A stretch of 63,250 nt of DNA, filler included, from Olpidium bornovanus S191 (taxonomy: Eukaryota; Fungi; Olpidiomycota): NCBI GenBank assembly GCA_017911155.1. It is 29 parts of 29 records of this genome, joined end to end, with 100 filler letters (N's around TTAATTAATTAA, not from the genome) between each part and the next. Parts side by side here need not be neighbours in the genome. Positions count along the whole stretch, not along the records: positions 57,011 to 58,907 come from JAEFCI010002241.1; positions 59,008 to 61,144 come from JAEFCI010000272.1; positions 61,245 to 63,250 come from JAEFCI010006359.1; 26 more parts are not named here. One strand, 5' to 3'. Positions 58,141-63,250 of the stretch are shown one piece after another. The number at the start of each line of letters is the position of its first letter. Position 1 is the stretch's first letter. The position numbers were made by a program, and so were the translations under genes. The notes beneath the pieces were generated by a model, which did not search any database, was not told where the DNA came from, and was given only the letters and a program-made list of their open reading frames with translations.

Positions 58141-58453
58141 TCGTCTGCTTCGGGACCTAAGGCGGACACTGAGCTCGGTCAGGGACTCGTGCGAGAGTGG
58201 GAATGAGGAGGAGGGAGGGGCCGCCACCCGGGACAACAAGCATGCTGGAATGGGGGGATTGGACCCCTGAGAAGAAGGAGAAGTGACTGGCGTCACCTTC
58301 CTCCTTCCCAGGGGTGGGGCTATACGTTTTGCAATGAAAACAAAAAAAGGGGGGGAAAGGCGCAGCTGAGCGAGAACAACGTGAGACAGCGGAGCACAGA
58401 GCGAGCTAGGAAACAGAGCTCCGAACGGGCACGGGAGCCCGAATGGTGGGAGC

Positions 58454-58906
58454 TCAAGCTCCTGGACGGCGCCGCGAAGATGAGGTACCCCGGCGGGCAA
58501 CTTGGTGGTGCCGGGGTGCAGGGCCAGCAGAACTGGATCCCTTGGCCAAGGCCCGAGCGTCGTTGAGTTTCGGGGCTTCGGGGCACTTCAGGACGCGATT
58601 TTGGCGCATACGGGTGCCGCGGGATTCGGAAACTTCGATCAATTCATCGACTTTGTCTGAAGAACCCATTTGGCGAAGTTGGTTGTAACAACTGAGGATA
58701 TGTTCTGGATCGGCAAAATCGGCGACGGAAGGGATGTACAGCGGGGGCCAGACGGCATCGTCGGGAAGTTGGGCGTCGGAAATTGTGTCGTCGGCAGAAG
58801 GGAGACCGACAAAGCCCTCAGCCAAAATTACCTCATCGTTAATGGTTGGGCCGAAGCGAGGGTCGTACTGGAGGCCGGTGGGCCCAAGAGGGCCGCAGTA
58901 ATCCAT
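58454..58906 (-). CDS. Unassigned ORF fragment, truncated at the contig end
   Basis: 150 codons of complex sequence (GPTINDEVILAEGFVGLP..AVWPPLYIPSVADFADPEHILSCYNQLRQMG). Confidence 0.4.
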   Translation of the reverse strand: MDYCGPLGPTGLQYDPRFGPTINDEVILAEGFVGLPSADDTISDAQLPDDAVWPPLYIPSVADFADPEHILSCYNQLRQMGSSDKVDELIEVSESRGTRMRQNRVLKCPEAPKLNDARALAKGSSSAGPAPRHHQVARRGTSSSRRRPGA

Positions 58907-59007
58907 GNNNNNNNNNNNNNNNNNNNNNNNNNNNNNNNNNNNNNNNNNNNNTTAATTAATTAANNNNNNNNNNNNNNNNNNNNNNNNNNNNNNNNNNNNN
59001 NNNNNNN

Positions 59008-60950
59008 CACGACCGTCGCCCGTCACCCCGCGCCTCTCGCTTGGCGCATCCGCAGGCCACCCGGCGTTCGGTCGCCGGCCTCCAAGCCGCAGAATCAACT
59101 CCTCTTTCGTAACAGCGCGCGGCGCATGTCCGGATTCCGATGCTTGAGCAGTGCCCGGCTGTACTCTGCCTCCCAGCTGCCGCAACACGTCCTCCTCCAT
59201 CAGCACGCGTCCGGCTGCCTGCGGATTATGACCTAGACCGCCGACGGAGGCGGACGCCGGTAGCGACATTGCGGCCGCACCGGACGCCCTGTGGTGGAGC
59301 ATGTCTATCAGCCGTTGGCCGCTCGCCTTCCTTTCGGACGCATCGAGCTCCTCTTTCGCGGCGTCGATTTCTTGCGTCTTCCGGAAGAGTTTTGAGAACC
59401 GCGAGCCGCCCTCCCGCGCCGCGTCTCCGACACCATCGGATTGTTGGGATCGCAAAAACTTTTCAAACTGGGCTGCTGACTCGCCAGTCTGGAATCCCGG
59501 ACCAAACCCAGACCCAAAAAAGTGGTCATCAATGTCGTTGGCTGCGACCGGACAGAGGCAATTTTGAGTACCGCCGATCCGCAAGACAAGCAAGCCGTGA
59601 AATGAGCCTCACACCAGACAGAACACTGATTCCTACTTCTGCTAGGTCCGGGCTCTAGCGGCACAGTAGACCCGGGCCGTCGGTCTCTATCCTCAGCAGC
59701 CCGTTCGTTGCTTTTTCGGTCGACGACGGCCGGCTCCTGAAGCTTCGCCGGTTCCGCGCGCCACGATTGGCTGGCGTCTGCCCTGGAAATTCCCTTTGCT
59801 CGAGAAGTTCTCTCTTCCCGCTGTTTCTGCTCGCGCTCCTTCATCTGTTGCTTCCACAGCTGGATCTTGTCGACGCCGGAGTCTCCAGATGCTGAGACGG
59901 TGCCCACGCCGGACACCTGAGAAGGATCGTAATCCATCCAGTCCGGATTACCTTCCCTTGCGGTGCTGTCATTCAAATCGCGCTCGGGACTGGTCGGTCT
60001 CCCCGAAGCTCCTTTTGTGTTTGGCACGACCCGTTAATCAAGTCGCAGAGCGGCGATGCGTGTAATGACGTGCGCGGAAAGAGCACGCGTACTTTTTGCC
60101 AGGATCCTCGCGGCGTCAAGGTTGGCCCTATCGCGCGGTTGACCGAACGGCGACCTCGACGTGGTAACCTCTTCACGGGCCTGAACGTGCGCGCTGTCTC
60201 TGGACAAGTGCTCGTGGCCACTATGTCCTTGGAGCTGGCCGTGGCGGTCGGTGAACCCGCCTCTCCTCGATCCTGGATCACCAGGACCCCTCGGCTGCCG
60301 CGAGACATGTTCGGCTGGACGAGATTTTGGCTCAGGCTGCCCGTCACTCGCGTTCTGCGTGAAGAAGCGGGTGGTCGGCCTGTGAGCGAACCGGAGGCGG
60401 CTTGCGGTTCAGACATGAACGTCTGCAACAAGGGCGTATATTACTTGTCTCAAGCCGCGGGACGCTCCCGACCGGCGGCCGGGGTCCTCGACACTTTTGT
60501 AGTTGGCAAAACCTTGTTTTTGCGACGAGGCGAAATTCAGCTTCGGTGGTCCCAGCACTATATTTTTGTCACCTGTTGTTGCGGCGGAATGATGAGACGC
60601 CGACGCACAAGACCGGAGGATCACGCGCAGGTTTCCGACCTCTCAATCCCGGAAAGCCGCCCTCCTTGTTCACCAGCGACGACAGCATCGGGCCCAAGGC
60701 GTTGATGTGCGGAACGTCTTTCGTCGAGGCTAGAGCAGCGCGGCGGGAAAAAAGAAAATAAAAACGTCGTCAGCCGTGCGGTACTGCGTTCAGCGCCACG
60801 GTGCGTTATCGCCGGCGCGTTTTCGTCTGGATTAGGTCTGCCACCGACCGTCCCGGGCCACGTCGGCGTCCGCATCTTCCGCCGTGTTGGGTGCCGACAC
60901 ATCGCTGCAGGAGAAAAAGCAAACAACCGGTCCGCTGTCATTTGACGGCA
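59008..60950 (-). CDS. eIF4E-transporter-like (4E-T / EIF4ENIF1-like) disordered protein, multi-exon fragment
   Basis: Motif islands IVLGPPKLNFASS, NPDWMDY, SGVDKIQLWKQQMKERE, SRFSKLF and RLIDML, as I recall from fungal 4E-T-like proteins. Confidence 0.55.
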
Positions 60951-61094
60951 TTCCGGTCGACGTAGCGCTACCCGGCGAAAGAGCGTTGGGGGGTGGAGCG
61001 GAAGGTGGGCGGCGTGGTGGTGGAAGTGGGCGGGGGGGGGGGGGGGGCGGGGTTGAAGGGGGCTAAGAATGGGCGGGGGGGGGGGGGGGAGAAA

Positions 61095-61139
<45 letters not shown>

Positions 61140-61751
61140 AAACCNNNNNNNNNNNNNNNNNNNNNNNNNNNNNNNNNNNNNNNNNNNNTTAATTAATTAA
61201 NNNNNNNNNNNNNNNNNNNNNNNNNNNNNNNNNNNNNNNNNNNNCATGGTAGGGTATGACGACGACGACTAATCACCATACATCCATCCGAACGAACAGC
61301 ATCCGTCACGATTCTTAAAATCGAGATAGTAGACTAACGGACGATGTGGAGTCAGTCAAGAACACTGACAAATGATGTATCCCGGGTTCCGACCGCGCCG
61401 ACAATGTATAGACGGACGGACAAATGAAAACCCAGGAAAGCTCAGTTTCTTCTTGCTCGCAATTTTACCTTTGAGAACAAAAAACGTTTCTCAAAGCATG
61501 GATAGCGAGCGACAAAGACGGACGAAAAAAATAGTCGCCCAAGCGCCCTTCTCCACAAAAATCCACAAAGGAACGCACACCGGTCGCAAACGTTGGTCTC
61601 GTTCCTTTGCCAACCGTGAGTCGACATAGCCCCAAGCGAGTCTACGAGCAGGTGAGGGCGGCCGTGTCCCGCATGGCCGCCATGGATGCTCGGCACAGCG
61701 GAGCAGAAAACACTGCGCTCCGAGTGTTCTACGAATGGGGGGCCGCTTGGG

Positions 61752-62832
61752 TCACCGAAATGCGTCTTGATCGGGGTCGTAATCGACCAGGTCGAAGTCG
61801 ATATTCATTTGGGCGAGCATGCTTCCCAGGGAACACTCCCTCACGGCCGACTGCAGCGGTTGCTGTGCGCCCGGCTCTCTCTCCTCTCTGTCGTCTACTC
61901 CAAGTTCCTTCCGCCGTCGTTTTCGCTCTCTTTCCTCCGGATCATCCCAACCCCATGACCAGAATTCTTGCCCCCCAGGAAACTCGGCTGCGGCCTCCAT
62001 GGCCGGCTTGACCTTCTCAAAAAGCAGTTCGGCGGCTGTTTGCGCAGCCTTACGCCACTTTGCAATCAGAGGCTCGATGTCTGGATCGGAACCCTGACGA
62101 TGATCGGTATCCTAAAAATATCGCACGTTACATCAATGTTAAGCTTCGGCCGACACTTCACATTTCTTAGCTTTGGCCCGCAAAATGTCTGCGAGTCGCC
62201 CCTCCACCTTCAGCTGTGCTTTGACGTGTTTTATCTCCGCTAGGAGGACCGCCCTACGCCGCTCCAAATCTTTGGCGTCGTTCTCTTTGTTGCCAACTGC
62301 GACCGTCACAGAAGGCACTCGCAAAGGAGACCGATACTGCGGCAGCGGTGATTGGAAAGGTCGAGCGGGAGGCCGTTTTCGAATACCCGGCGTTCCCGGT
62401 TCATCGGCAGGCAGACACAGCAGAGACGTCCCGCGTTGTCTCGACGGTGTTACAGCGCCCTCCTGCGCGGCCGTGCCCTGTTGGTAAACATGGCCGCGCA
62501 GCGGAAGCCGCGAATAGAGGGAGGGGGGGAACACGTTGCGGAGGGCGACTAAGTCGCGGGCTGGGCAGCACAGAAGCCTCGCGGTGGTAAAACTCCCGAA
62601 TGTCCTGGCCTACCGCGTCTGGCGCTTTGAGCGGTGAGCGGAAGGGCGTCCTACTCCGCTGGCCAACGGTGCCCCGGGTCCCGGCGAAGGCCTTCCCCGC
62701 GGCGAGTGCGACCGACGACGCTCCCCTCACGGAAGAGGCTTTGCGCGCCGGGTCCAGTGGGGGGGCGGGCGCTTCTGGCGGCGAAGCGTCCTCGTCGGAG
62801 GCGGCTGACCCGGCGTTCGGTGTCCCAGCCAT
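61752..62832 (-). CDS. SFR1: Swi5-dependent recombination mediator Sfr1/Mei5
   Basis: LERRRAVLLAEIKHVKAQLK..|DPDIEPLIAKWRKAAQTAAELLFEKVK..GGQEFW..CSLGSMLAQMNIDFDLVDYDPDQDAFR*, after a disordered N-terminus. Confidence 0.85.
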
Positions 62833-63250
62833 GGCAAACGCACGGTGGGACGACGGGGGCTCCTGTTCCGGACCAATTTGGACTTCTCGCTATGTTCTGG
62901 CAACCCTCTCCAACATGCACAGCACAGCTGGCCGCCTCCGACATTCTCGAGTTGCCTTTTACGACCTCCGTGGACACCATACGCGATGCATCGCTCTGTC
63001 TCGATAATATTTCTGCATGTGCAGTGCTGCAGGGACATCAGGACATGTCCTGTCCTGTAGGTGATGTCGTCGCGGGACCCAAAAGCTGGATATCCAGACA
63101 TCTAGCCCGGCAACAGCACGGGACGCCGCCATGTGCTCCCTTTAGTACGATGTCCATCGACAAATTGGGACTGGGCAAGCACCGACCTGAACCAATATCT
63201 CACCATCATCTTATTTGTCGTCTGAATGCAATAATCATCTGTGACACAAC

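Overview
This window is not one locus. It is 29 short contigs (about 1-4 kb) joined by identical 100-bp spacers (44 N + TTAATTAATTAA + 44 N), so adjacency across spacers carries no biological meaning. The DNA is GC-rich, intron-rich and eukaryotic. The gene content (AK9 axonemal adenylate kinase, gephyrin in G-then-E domain order, Ufe1, Gem1/Miro, Pob3, Rev1, Sfr1, TTAGGG telomere repeats) points to a flagellated early-diverging fungus; an Olpidium-like fragmented assembly is only my guess. Recognisable gene fragments: delta-COP, class I HDAC, proteasome beta-3, atypical SDR, AK9, a degenerate Ras-like domain protein, MAPK, REV1, NPR2, POB3, CDC20, LHS1/HYOU1, a CASTOR-like ACT protein, Ufe1/STX18, gephyrin/CnxE, GEM1, a Rieske protein, a 4E-T-like protein and SFR1/Mei5. 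Best leads: (1) a complete 4-exon stand-alone ASDURF-like prefoldin gene that is absent from the ORF track; (2) two short-LTR elements sharing a copia/Ty5-type half-tRNA-iMet primer site and GCC-rich leaders, one running into a telomere-repeat array and the other followed by an antisense, possibly virus-like ORF; (3) an in-frame 86-aa internal duplication in the gephyrin MoeA domain. All homology calls come from my reading of translations and recalled family motifs; no searches were run. Many homopolymer runs look like sequencing or assembly noise.
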